A DNA stretch of 63,573 bases, counting the filler, from Hausera hauseri (lineage: Eukaryota): assembly GCA_046269625.1 (NCBI GenBank). It is 11 parts of 11 records of this genome, joined end to end, with 100 filler letters (N's around TTAATTAATTAA, not from the genome) between each part and the next. Parts side by side here need not be neighbours in the genome. Positions count along the whole stretch, not along the records: positions 19,748 to 26,411 come from JBJURY010077326.1; positions 26,512 to 31,409 come from JBJURY010399145.1; positions 31,510 to 38,803 come from JBJURY010023897.1; 8 more parts are not named here. One strand, 5' to 3'. Positions 24,901 through 37,111 of the stretch are shown one piece after another (the stretch's first letter is position 1; each line of letters begins with the position of its first letter). Position numbers and translations under genes: made by a program. The notes under the pieces were generated by a model, which did not search any database, was not told the origin of the DNA, and saw nothing but the letters and a program-made list of their open reading frames with translations.

Positions 24901-25043
24901 GTAAACCAGCAGCCAAAGAAAGTGAGTTGAGAAAAGACGAACAAGAGTTAGTACGAAGTACTAGCGAGAAAGTAGTCGAAGTAAACCCGACATATAAACC
25001 ATATCAGATAAAGAAATATCCGATGTTGATTGTTTCATATTAA
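21940..25043 (+). mobile_element. Ty3/Gypsy pol (PR, dUTPase-like insert, RT, RH, IN, GPY/F), decayed, with an internal RT deletion
   Basis: ALIDT(R)S at 21959, ILIGYDIL, IDLQKGYWQ, MPFGLKN, YIDD at ~22846, FATDASDYGVGAVL, KYFW..WCDSCKLC and KLDRPYKGPYKV. Confidence 0.9.
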
Positions 25044-25204
25044 TGCCCGAAGTTCTAAGCCAAATAACAAAACAGGAAATCGAACAAGCCAAAGTGCGAC
25101 ACGCAACGGCTATAAAAGAGGATGCGCTAGTGAAAAGTTTACAATATAGAATAACATACTCAAGAAAAGGTCAAAAATGTGTGAGTACCTGAAGAAAACT
25201 GACT

Positions 25205-25747
25205 ATGGAGTATATGATAGGAATACAAGTAATATTCTTGGATGACGACAGAAGAAGTCCTAATAAACGACAATATGACTGCTTACTCCACCCATGGGTT
25301 ATCGAAGTACAATGTGTGGTAGAAAACTCAGATGTTCATTATATATATCTCACGTTTATTAAGAAAAGGAGAGATTACTATAGAAGTCAATATACTAAAT
25401 TTTACAGATTTATAAGAATCCATACTAGACATGAAATGAACGAAACATTATTAGATGAAATAATAATTACCCAGTTACCAGCAAGGTCGATTGGATTTAA
25501 AAGTGGAAGATATTGCATCAAAATTGCAACGATAATAGAACTAGAATATATTCGATGGATAACCATAGCTATAAAAGAAATACAGACTCAGGTAGTAACG
25601 AAATGTAGCATCACTGATGAACAACAACGAGTCTGTTGTAACGTGAAAAGAGGAAGAATATATAACGTTGACTATATGCTGTCTCGAAAAGAATATGGTA
25701 AACTCCTAAACAGTTTGAAACGAAAAGGACCAACAATGTATATGTGA
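25205..25747 (+). CDS. Unknown 180 aa ORF 3' of the Gypsy integrase
   Basis: An open ATG ORF with the same A-rich strand bias as the element. Confidence 0.45.
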   Translation: MEYMIGIQVIFLDDDRRSPNKRQYDCLLHPWVIEVQCVVENSDVHYIYLTFIKKRRDYYRSQYTKFYRFIRIHTRHEMNETLLDEIIITQLPARSIGFKSGRYCIKIATIIELEYIRWITIAIKEIQTQVVTKCSITDEQQRVCCNVKRGRIYNVDYMLSRKEYGKLLNSLKRKGPTMYM

Positions 25748-25792
25748 CATCAAAATCAAAAAGAATATGATGAGAAACAAGATAACGTCACG

Positions 25793-26278
25793 ATGCCGGC
25801 TGTGCATTCCCCGCTGACGAAGGCAATTAATGAAAAGAAGATGACTATTTTGATTAAACTCTATGCGTCATATTACCGCCAAAAACGCTCTATATGGAAA
25901 AACTTAACAATTATAGCCGCCTCAACTGCGCTAATAGTATCTATAAAACCGGACTTCGATTTCGCGAAAGTGAATCTTACCTGCAAGATAAGAGATATGG
26001 TAGTTGCAAAAGGAGTTATAACTCCCGACGATCTAGTAGTGCTATGTGCGGCATTAATCCCCAATACCAGGTACACAATCATTCTACAGTTATTTGATGA
26101 TAATAATAAAATAACCTCCACCAAAGAGATATCAGCGCTCACAAAAATGGAAGTAAAAGTAAGGTTACTATATGAGATGGCTACTATCGGCAATAAAATA
26201 ATCATAAGACCCTCAAGTACGATATATAAACACTCCTGTATGGATATAACACTGATAAGCTCGACAGTGCATGAGTAG
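25793..26278 (+). CDS. Unknown 161 aa ORF, possibly an FN3-like beta-sandwich
   Basis: LIPNTRYTIILQL resembles the FN3 L-x-P-x-T-x-Y tyrosine corner. The ORF ends at the AGTAGGGG junction. Confidence 0.4.
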   Translation: MPAVHSPLTKAINEKKMTILIKLYASYYRQKRSIWKNLTIIAASTALIVSIKPDFDFAKVNLTCKIRDMVVAKGVITPDDLVVLCAALIPNTRYTIILQLFDDNNKITSTKEISALTKMEVKVRLLYEMATIGNKIIIRPSSTIYKHSCMDITLISSTVHE

Positions 26279-26411
26279 GGGAAAAAGGCGTTTCTGGCAC
26301 AAGGGTGGGGGGAGGGGGGTCCGCCCACGCATCCCGTGATCCGCTTACTCGTCACGTGCGGCACGTGATTGGTCACGCGATGCGTGCGAAAAGTCACCAG
26401 ACATTTGTTAC
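26274..26411 (+). repeat. Element terminus starting AGTAGGGGAAAAA, GC-rich with CACGTG and ATTGG
   Basis: Same terminal motif as 10381(+) and 138-150(-). Runs into the contig end. Confidence 0.55.
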
Positions 26412-26511
26412 NNNNNNNNNNNNNNNNNNNNNNNNNNNNNNNNNNNNNNNNNNNNTTAATTAATTAANNNNNNNNNNNNNNNNNNNNNNNNNNNNNNNNN
26501 NNNNNNNNNNN

Positions 26512-29500
26512 TTGTCTGTGCCAGAAATATGGCGAATTTTAAAGTTGAATGTTGACAAATATGATATATGGCGTTCTTGTCGCAGTGATGGTTGTTTCAT
26601 GTTTATTACGTAAACGAGAGATGTGTGGTCCGTTTGGATAGTGAAGGAACGGGCGATAAGCAAATGTGAAAAATGTTTCAAAGCTAAAACAATGTCCAGG
26701 AGTTCTCTATCGAAGGTGGAATAACGGCGTTCCTGTGGCTGCAGCTTGCGTGAAAAATTTCTAAGAGTTCATTTATACCTTGAGATATTTGATAAAGAAC
26801 CGCTCCTACTGCTGTAGTTAATGCATCGGTTGTTAAAATGAGGTTAGCATCAGGTTTTGGGTAGGCTAAAATTTCGACTGTTTTGAGCTTGTCGCGGAGT
26901 TCATCGAACTGGTTAATACATTCTGGTGTTTAATATATAAGCTTTTTCTTTGGCCCTGCTCATAGTTGAGCGAAAGGAGCAGTTAACTGGCTAAAGTGTG
27001 GGACGTATTTATGGACAAAATGTAAAGTCCCAAGGAAACTGCGCATGTCAGTAGTGGTTTTTGGTAGCTCAATGTTTCGTAGTTGATGGATTCTATCAGG
27101 CTATGGACTGTGACCGTCAGGTGTGATGACGTGGCCAAAGAAATTGACCTTTTTCTGAAAGAAGGAACACTTAGAAAAGTTCATTTGCAAATTGTAGTTG
27201 TGCAAGCGTTGGAAAACTAGTCTGAGATGTTCTTCGTGTTGCTTGGGTGATGCCGACGCGACGAGTATGTCATCAATGTACGGATATGCAAATGGCAAAC
27301 CTGAAAGGACTGAATTAATGTGCCGTTGAAAAATTTGTGCTGCATTTTTTAAACTAAACCGCATGAATGCATATTCAAAAAGACCAAAGTGTATTATTAT
27401 GGCAATTTTTAGGATGTCTTCTGGTGCTACCGATATTTGGTGGTAGGCTTTTTCGAGATCTATGGTCGAATAGATTGTTGTCCTGTGTAAGGAATGTAAT
27501 ATATCCTTAATCAAACGTAGAAAATAAGCATCCATGGTAGTGACGTTATTAAGTTGGCGATAATCGCCGCATGGACGGAATGTAACATCTTTTTTCGGGA
27601 CGACATAAAGTGGTAACGTCGAAGGCAATTTGGAGCGTTTTATTATGCAAGCTTGTTCGAGTGCAGAGAATTCCGCTTAGACTGCTTGTCGACGGCGTGG
27701 TGAAAGTGGGTGGAGTTTCTGCCTAACGGGCCTAAGGTTTTCTATGATGATATGATGAAACGTCGTGTTAGCCGGTCGAAATGCTGGATCTTTTTTTATT
27801 GTATGGAAACAATACTGGATTAAGTATTGTTGCATTTCTTGTCTAAGCCTAATAAGGGTTTGATTGGACGTAGTGTGAGAAATGGTAGAAATCGGGCCAC
27901 CTAAATCGGACCTCAACAGAAAAGTAGGACTGTTTACATTGGTTTTATCGGTAAGGTTTTTATTCACATTGGTTAATGGTTTCTTCAATATTGATTTTAT
28001 AGTTGAGATAGGTTGCATGATCGGCTGGTTGTTTGTAGGGGTCGGCTTTGTTGAACTGCTTTTAATGATTCGACGTTGTCTACAGTCTACTAGGAGGTTG
28101 TAGAAGGATAAGAAATCAGACCCAAGTATTGAAGATTGTGTATCGGCAACGATGAATGTCCAGTTGAAAATGTCGGAGAATGGTGGTAAAGTGAATTAAA
28201 CTTTTGACTTGCCGAAGATGCGTAAAGCTTGGCCGTTAGCTGTGTATACTTAGTGTTAGATGGCGAAATGGATGGTGTTTTGATAGATGGTGGTAACAAA
28301 GAAACAGCAACCCCTGAGTCAATGAGGAAGTTAATTGGTTGATTGGGTTTGGATGTTAAGAAGGCTTTTAATGTGAAAACAGCATAGGTACGGCTATTAG
28401 ATTGAAGACGTTTGCCTGTGCCAGTATGTGCCAAAACATCTGGCGGCTATGTCAGTTTTTTGGATACAGAATTTGCGGAGTCGGGAGAATTACGATGGAA
28501 TTGGTTAAGTCGACTGGAAAACGTGCAACCGTTGATGCAATTTCGGGCTTTATTGCTGAACGTATTATGGTAAATACAAATGATGTAGGATTTTTGAAAA
28601 GCTGATGTAAAGAATTTACACCCAAAGCAACATTTGTTGGATTGGTCCTTGAATTTAGTGTGATAATAGCACACCATAGGTCGAATAGAAGACCTAGCGA
28701 ATCTCGAATTTTGCGATGAAGCACGGCTATGATTAGGTGTGAATCGACCTCGTCGCGGCATGGATAAATTGTCCAGTTTCGAAGTTAAAGCAGAAATGGC
28801 TTGGCGTATTGCTGTGTTTTCAGCCCGGAGAGCATTTATTTGGTTATTCAGCGCTAAGATTTCAGCGTTAGGTGGTTTCAAAGGTGGTTGTAATGTGGCT
28901 GCGACGATAGGAGTATGGTGTGTATCTAATATTTCATAGCTTTTATCAGCCAGTTGTTCTAACTTTTCTAACGTACCGGTGTCTTCAACGACGGTTAGTA
29001 AAGCGCGTATTTTTTCGGTAACTATTGAAGGAAACATCTACGCAATAAGTCGGCATTGTTTGTCTGATTTACCCCTAACTTGCTTAATTGGGTTAAATAT
29101 GTTTGTAAAAATTCTGAGGGTTTCTGATTTCCTTTTTTGTTGCCGTCAAAATATTTATGGGTAATATTATCCAGAGATGGTTCCGTGATTTTTAGTACAG
29201 AGCTAAAGAGTGTTTTGTATAGGTCACCACTTTGGAAAATTTCCGACAAGTTGGAAAGTTGTGACTTAATGTTGGAAGGCAAAAGTGTAAGCAGGCTGTT
29301 TGCTTTAAGAAAAGAGTCGACAATATTATTCGACTTCAACCAGCCGCATGAAAGTCCAACCACGTTCGGCTGGAATGTTGCTTATCAACGAAGTATTCTA
29401 CGCAATTTAGGTTTACAGTGGATGACGGAGATAAAGGTGGATTTAGAGGTAGGTGAGGCTTTTGGATCAGATCCACCTAGCAGACGATAGTGTACGGTGA

Positions 29501-29560
29501 GTATAGATGTTGAAGATGAATGGGTGTAACTTGTTATAGTGTCGGATTGTCGAAGAAACA
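26512..29560 (-). mobile_element. Ty3/Gypsy gag-PR-RT-RH, decayed
   Basis: gag with CYYHTKF..CC and CIYHNTF..ARNC motifs; FLIDSG; RPCGDYRQLN; PYIDDILV; LTTDA; FTIQTDH. Confidence 0.92.
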
Positions 29561-29595
29561 ATCCGTTATAACTAAGGCGAAAATTAGCGAGAGTT

Positions 29596-30306
29596 GTTTG
29601 TTGCCGTAACGTGTCTAAAAATCTGCAATTGTTATTGATTTGTGTGTGTAGAAGGTTTGCGTATGCTTATTTTCAAATAAGACGAGAGGAACGAAAATGT
29701 CACATAGGTCGGGCGTTCCCAAAATCCTTGCATTGTAATGACTGATCTTTCTAATCGCGAATATGATAGATTTGGTTTGTAATGATTTATCTGATATATT
29801 TTTGACCAACGGTATAGTATAGCTGAGAGATATTGAGTGCAATGGTTGAACAACTTTAATCGGCATTATTTTACAAATTATTACGAAATAGAAATGTAGC
29901 AAATTCACCGACCTTTTTTTAATCCTGGGTCAAGAATAGATGTAGAGTATGGGATTTTTGGGCTTCTTTGCTGTACGACAGCCAGATACGCGATCTGACG
30001 AACTTCATCACTGCTCTGTGCCGTATACGAATTTGCGTTGATGTCTCGTGAACCCTGTCCAACTAAGGACCCACTGATATTCGGATAACATACCGAATGT
30101 TTAGAAGTCAATTTGTTTTTATTATCGATGTTAGAATTTCCTCCAAATGAATGACGAACCATTCGATTCTCTGGTTGAGTATTAAACTTTCTCCTTTCAG
30201 GTTTGGTCTTGATTGCATTCGATCCGATTGTCGGTTCCGGCATTTTTACATTGGGTAACAAACGAGCATTAAATATGTAATCGGCATGAAATTCAGTACT
30301 ACTCAT
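29596..30306 (-). pseudogene. Coding-like remnant, product unknown
   Basis: Adjacent ORFs 29905-30306 and 29615-29908 with no recognised motif. Confidence 0.25.
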
Positions 30307-30494
30307 TCAATACTACCGAACTCATTCAATTTATAAAAGTGATACCGAGATTGTTTCTTCGTATTATTATCATTATTTATTGTTTGTAAACGTCAAAATT
30401 AGATTATGGAGTTTTGTACTGAAATAGATCTGTGAGGAATAATCGTTCGGTATCACTTTTATAAATTGAATGAGTTCGGTTGTATTAAATGAGT
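30301..30494. mobile_element. Small inverted-repeat element (MITE-like)
   Basis: A ~48 bp arm ACTCATTCAATACTACCGAACTCATTCAATTTATAAAAGTGATACCGA at 30301 is mirrored at ~30447-30494. Confidence 0.7.
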
Positions 30495-30702
30495 GATTCG
30501 ATTGTGCTAAATACTTTTCGACCCACGTGGAGTTCATTGTTTTTAAGGTAAACTTGAACATCCTGCTGTAGTTAAATGTCAGAAAACAGATCGGTGTAAC
30601 ATAATGCACAAGTGATAATCGAGGTAGAGAGTCTCTTGATTGTTCAAAACGCTGTTTCTGATTTCTGGACTGTGGTGGCGCCCGAGTCCGAGGCACCACA
30701 GT

Positions 30703-31409
30703 CTTGCAAATCTTTCAAGTGTTGTTTAAAATCCGTTGATGCTACTATTACGTCGTCTATATATACCACTGCATGTGGTGCATCAACAGTAATAACTCCA
30801 TTCCTCTTTGAAAAGTTGGCCGCCCATTCTTTAATCCAAATGGCATTCTGTTAAATTCCCATAGCCCTTCACCGATCGAGAATGCTGTTTTTGGTTTATC
30901 TTCTTCTTTTACTTCTTCCTGCCAATATCCTTTTTGGAGGTCAATGGTGGTGAATATGTTTGAACTATGTAACTTGTCTAATATTTTGTCTATCCTTGGT
31001 AGAGGATACGCATCTGTTTCCGTTATCTCGTTCAATGCTCTATAATCTATACAAAATATTATGGCGCCATCTTTCTTTTTCACCATTACTACTGGAGCCG
31101 TCCACGGGGAGTAACTTGGTCATATTATTTTATTTTCTCTCATTTTGCTTATAATTTTACGAGCTTCCTCTTTTTCGTCGTACGCCAGTCTACATGGTCA
31201 CTTCTTTATGGGTTTACCTTGCCCATATTTTAACATAATAACATGATGTATCGCGTTCATCGTTCCTAGATCATAATCGTTTTGAGCGAAACGTGTTATT
31301 ATTTTTCTCTAAAAATTTTATAACCTTTCTTCTTTTTTTGTTTTATATCTTACAATCTCGTAATTTTTCATCCCAATTAATATTGGTAGTTTCTTTCTCT
31401 TCCTTTTCT
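30703..31409 (-). mobile_element. Gypsy RT fragment, same family as the env-linked element
   Basis: IDLQKGYWQEEVKEEDKPKTAFSIGEGLWEFNRMPFGLKN is near-identical to the peptide encoded at 22664-22800. Confidence 0.9.
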
Positions 31410-32029
31410 NNNNNNNNNNNNNNNNNNNNNNNNNNNNNNNNNNNNNNNNNNNNTTAATTAATTAANNNNNNNNNNNNNNNNNNNNNNNNNNNNNNNNNNN
31501 NNNNNNNNNTTGTGATATTACCTGAAGACGGGTTGTCAAGTCGATTCTTGACGACTCACTAAAATCTTAGACCCCAAGTAACTTCGTAAGTAATAGAAAC
31601 AAGAGATATAGTTTGTGTTTCGCACTCGCGTTGCCTTCCTGATACTAGTGATACGTAGATAGATTGATTCTCGATAATAATCTCGTTGATTCTTATACTC
31701 GAAACAGTAGCTTTGGTATTGAACTCACTATAAGGATAAGACTAGCCTGACCTTTCAACTGTTTAACCACTCAATAAAATAACAAATTTAACAATATGCT
31801 GAATAACAATGTTCTCACCCCTCAATATTTTGCATATATATTCAAGTGATTAGCGTGCAAAATTATTTAGTGATATATTCATATTTAGAGATGGCTCAAG
31901 ACGTCAGAATTTTGCATTAGTATGGAATTTAACAACATGTATTTGTTACAGCGTATTTATTTATTACAAACGTTACTCACATACAGTCAGCTTACTTTCT
32001 AGATAGATTTAGGTCACGTTTAGAGTAGG

Positions 32030-33930
32030 TTAGTCAGCATCGTCCATTTCACACTGAACTATTGTCTCTTTTCGATAATCAGGAAACAATTTTCTATGTT
32101 CCTTGATAACCTGAAGCAAGTACTGTTTCTGGCTTTCTTTCTTGCTCATGAGGCTGTTGTATTCATCAGTAAGGGTAACAGTTCTCTCTGCGTTATCATT
32201 CACTACTTTAAGTCCTTTCACTATCCTTAGTACATATTGATAATCACTTCTTTGATGCCACATATCAAGATCAAGTGCCGGAAAAACTTCTGCGTGCTTC
32301 TTGTGACAAAGTTCGCAATTGTCAATTTATGGCTGCTCCTTATAAACAATTCACGCTGTTTTGGATTTGAATCTGACTCTTATCTGAAGCAGTACTTTTG
32401 CCATTTCATTCTTTGTGTTCACTGGAACGTCTGCATCAAAGAATGATATCCCAACGAGTTCTTCACTGAAATACCATAGATACTTACAAAACTCGTTGCC
32501 AACTGCTTCAGCTACGACTGCATTTTGTTTGTGGTAATCATCAAGTAACTACAAGAGGATGAGATCATTAATAGGAGCAGAAATGGTAACTGGGATTGTA
32601 AACCACGCTCTAACATGTTCGGAAGAAGAAGATGCAAATGTTGTATAATGCACTTGTTTCATGAACGGTCAACTTGAACTGTTCCTTGAACATCCATATT
32701 TTAAATGCATATAGCGCTTCCCCCATCCATCTCGCATGATAAACAACACGAGGACATGAAAAACGAACACTTCTGGGTGGCACATTACCATAAAAAATGA
32801 TAGCTAATTCTAGTAGTTCTCTATAGTCGTTTCTAACGTGACGAAATTCTAGCTGACGTTTAACGAAAGTTATTACGGCGTCTCTGAAATTTCTCACTGA
32901 TTCAGCGTCACAACAGTCTTATTTAGTTTTGTCGAAAGACTTCCACTGTTTTCTAAATCGATTAAAAATCGCAATATCTGGAGCACTTGATGGTCCCATA
33001 AACTTGCAGCTTTGGGTAACAGCTGTTAACGTAATTTCAATAATGTGGTGGCGGCAAGGCAAATACAGCAGCTGTCTGTTTAACTTTCGCTTCAACAAAA
33101 CATGTGCCATCATACTGACCAGTATTAATGGTTGTTGTATCGAAGGACATCGCACAGACTTTGTCAGTTAAATTCCATTCCTGTAAAATGTGTGCAAATG
33201 CTTCAGCTTTGGCTTCACCGGTACCAGCTTTTAATTTCAGAATACCAATTAACTGAGGAACATCTTCACTTGAAATTATTACTGGAAGACGCTCAACTTT
33301 GTCATGTCCAGCTAGATCGCTTAGTAGTTTTCCATCCCAGTGCACAACTAGGGGAACTAATGGCTGAAACTGATCTTTTAATGAGTTTTTTACTTGAGTA
33401 CGAATTTGCTCTCGAGCACGTTTAATAGAGGAGCGTTCGATGTAATATTCTGCTGCGCCATGACCCAGTGTTTTAGCAGCTGCAGTCAAAATAAATGCTG
33501 CTTGACTCTCAGAGACTTTTGATCTATCAAGGGCTTATGCCAAGTGAGAAGTAATAACAGCCTTAGTTACTCTTCTCTTCCTTCGCATTACTGCATTCGA
33601 TTCTGTAATGCTCTTATCACTGTCAGCGGTATCAGCACTAGAATCCTCAGTAATTAATTCACTGTCTGATGTACCATCAATTTGGCATTGACTTGTTCGA
33701 CACTCTCTTTTATCGTAGTTCCTTTTCAGATCAAATTGACGTTTATTCAGATTTTCAGCTCTCTTCTTTAGCAGCCAGCACATTGTCAACCTTACCAAAC
33801 CAGCCTCGTCGACCTGTCTCTCGCTCTCTCTCTTTGAGCAATTAGAAATTCCTTATCTTCTTGAATCTTTAGCATATTCACAGCGTCCATATGCAATATA
33901 TCAAACAAATTATCCGGATTTTTCATGAAA
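32030..33930 (-). mobile_element. hAT-superfamily (hATm-like) transposase, decayed
   Basis: Motifs VVHWDGKLL, MSFDTT..NTG, CRHHIIE, DYRELLEL, HARWM and VVNDNAER. Frameshifted. Confidence 0.75.
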
Positions 33931-34559
33931 TCAACTTTACTTTTTTGGTTATCAGTTTTAATTACGTAATTATTTTTTTGCTGAAAAACTTACTCTGGAA
34001 AATTTGTTGAGATTTACAGTATTTATAATTTCTCACTCATGTTGATAGATACATGATAATACTGGAAAGATTAGATCGAATCTTCATCATACGTCTTATG
34101 TAATTGAATCGGAACAAAATTCTATTGCTGAATATAAAAATACAACATCAATATATTTTTAAGGTTAATCTGATTAAGTCAATGAAATTAGCATTTTGTA
34201 AAGCTTTGAGTCAAATGAACCAATTACCGTTTTCATGAGAACTTCACATCATAATAATCTGGTGAGCGGAACTGCTAATTACCAATGGATAGAGTCTGTG
34301 TGCGTGACATTTCAATTATAGTTTTCATACTTGAAGTCAACAAATGAAAAATGGACATTTTACATGGCATTCCTGAGGACAGAAGATTATGGAAAGAGGA
34401 GAATGTCAAATTGAGGCATTCGAGGCATCGGTTTATGGGACAAATAATGACGTAACTGTAAGATTTCCTCACGTGTCCAAAATAATCATGATGTACTACT
34501 TAACAAGTGCGGGGGTATGGTTCGAAGTGTTGCCCTGTTAGTAAATCCAGTAATAACGT

Positions 34560-35344
34560 GAAGCAAATGGCTTTAGGGATCGCTTTACTGCGGAGTTTCT
34601 TTCTGTTGTAGTAAAATGCTCCCCAAATCATTAGTCTACCATCACAAAAATTTCGACCCATTTTTAATTCTGGAGATTTACGTAAATCGTGCCAGTATGG
34701 TATTCTACTTATCACCATAAACCATTTGCTTTCTAGTAGAGTAAGCTTTGGTTTTCCTTGACATTTCACTCATTCAGCATTCGTACTCTGTTTCAAAATG
34801 TGCCTGAAATTTCTGGCAGTTCAAGGGGGTTGAAGTTTTCAAGGGAGCCTTTCTGAAAATCATGCGTTTGTCTCTTTCACTGATTTTGTGGATAGTCTTG
34901 GATGTAATTTTTGCTATATGTATCGCACAATTTTGTAACGCTATCCACCACAGTTGATGAACGATCGATTAATTTAACAATTTTACGATCGGTTTAGTCT
35001 GCATCTGTGTAAGCCTTGATTTTCCAATTTCTTCATTCAAGGGAGTGTTTTTTCCCATCTGAAAAAAGTTAATGAATTTTCAACAAAACATTCATATGTC
35101 GTAATAAAAATTATTCTATTTATCTTGATTGTTTTAATGTACTGCCACTAACCTTCATTGAACTCAAAAATTACTAATTTTACCTCATTATCTGTAAATA
35201 CCTGCATAGGTAGTCTGGTTTTCACAGATATTTATTACTTTTTGATACTTAATCATTATTTAATAAGTACACGGTTTATTAGAAACAAAAGTTTCTGAGA
35301 AAAGTATAAATTACGTGATTGCCTTTAACCTTTTTTCACAACTG
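34560..35344 (-). mobile_element. Tc1/Tc3-like transposon, 5' remnant
   Basis: TA-CAGTTGTGAAAAAAGG end at 35344 and YWHDLRK..LMIWGAF. Confidence 0.65.
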
Positions 35345-35480
35345 TATTTAACACGTTGACGCCGGCGCAACCCATTCTGTAACCATATATGTACCACGGG
35401 TGGTACACACTGGCATAAACGAGTTAAAGAATATTGCAGTGAAACAAGAATTGTGAATACAATTTCACATAACAACTATA

Positions 35481-36953
35481 CAGGGTGTTCCGGGACTGGA
35501 CCGACAAACTTATACCATATATTCTAGGGGTCATTACGATCAAAAATGTTTATATACACTATAGGTAAATTTCTCTTCGTTTCGCAGATATCGAAGAAAA
35601 TAACAAAAACACATGGATAATAATTATAAACAAAATGTTAATGATTAAATCGTAAAAATGTGATAACCTTGATGGCGTGAGTTATTTGTGACAAATGACA
35701 GTTAAATCACGTGTCTACTGTCGTTAATACTGAATCATTCTTGTGCTGTGTTGTTGCTGTTAGCCATTATGCCACAGTTTATTAACGCAGAATATGCTGA
35801 TATGGTTTTTACAATGAAAGTGGACGTGCTGGTGCAGCGGAGTACCTGAGGTGATACCCAGATCGCATTGTTCCTCACCATACAACATTTTTGAACGTTT
35901 TTCGTTACATGAAAGAGACAGGATCATTCCAACGTCGTCATGCAGAAAGATATGAACATGGGACGGAGAAGCAAGTTGAATTAGTCTTAAATTCAGTTGA
36001 ACGAAATCCTTTTACCAGTATTCGTAGGATATCTCAAATGACGCAAATTCCTGAAACCAAGGTGTGGAGAATTCTGCACCACGATGGGCTTTATCCCTAT
36101 CATTTACAAAAAGTCCAGCATTCACTTCCTTAAGACTTAGAAAATTGTGTACGGTATTGTTAGTGGCTACAAAATAACTTGGACATTATACCACACATAC
36201 TTTTACGGATGAGGTTCAATTTACAAGGAATGGTATTAACAACACACATAATTCTCACATGTGGGCGGAGCAAAAACTACATTCCACAGTCGTAGCTAAC
36301 CATCAGCATCGCTTTTCCGTCAACGTGCGGTGCGGTTTGCTGAATAACCATCTTATTGGGCCTTATTTTATTTAAAGACCTGTTAGGACAGAAAATTACC
36401 GTCGCTTTTTGGAAGATGAATCGCCGATTTACATGGAAGATATTACTCTGGAAGATCGACGTGACACGGTTCCAGCAAGATGGAGCACCATCACATTTTG
36501 AGCGACAAGTGACAACGTTTCTTAATGAAAAGTTTCCAGAAAGATGGGTAGGACTAGGTGGTCCTGTACATTGGCCAGCTCGGTCACCTGATTTATCGCC
36601 CCTATATTTTTCTGTGGGGTTATATGAAATCTCGTGTTTATTGTTATTGTAAACCAGATACACATGAAGAGTTGACTAACTGGATTATTGAAGCCACTAC
36701 ATCTCTTAAAAATGAATCGGCAGGAATTAACTGGCAACATTCCATGATTCGAAGAGGTAGCTGTATGTTCAGAACATGGCTGTTCTTATTTTGAACAGTT
36801 TTTGTAATGTTATTGTTGTAATATATAAATTTTCTTTTCCTAACACGTTTGTGTTATTTTCTTTGATATCTGCAAAACAAAGAGAAATTCACCTTCGTAA
36901 TGACCCCTAGAATATATTGTATAAGTTTGTCGGTCCAGTCCCGGAATATTCTG
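35481..36953 (+). mobile_element. Full-length DD41D (rosa-type) mariner-like transposon, inactivated
   Basis: ~60 bp TIRs (CAGGGTGTTCCGGGACTGGACCGACAAACTTATAC) with TA at both flanks. Motifs FTDE, FQQDGAP and WPARSPDLSPL, with 41 residues between D2 and the third site, which is mutated D to Y. Confidence 0.92.
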
Positions 36954-37111
36954 TATTTTAAATGTCACACGCACAATGTATCCACTGGTGATTGGTAGTT
37001 CCATTTCAACATTATGAGATATTGATACTAAATTGTTTCCAAATGCATAATTTTATGATGATACTGGATTATTGTCAATGACATGAAACAATATTGTTTA
37101 ACATCCTTTAG

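Noticed and set aside
2052-36953. Frequent in-frame stops as evidence of an alternative genetic code
   Set aside because: The stops are of all three types and come with frameshifts, and the intact ORFs read normally in the standard code.
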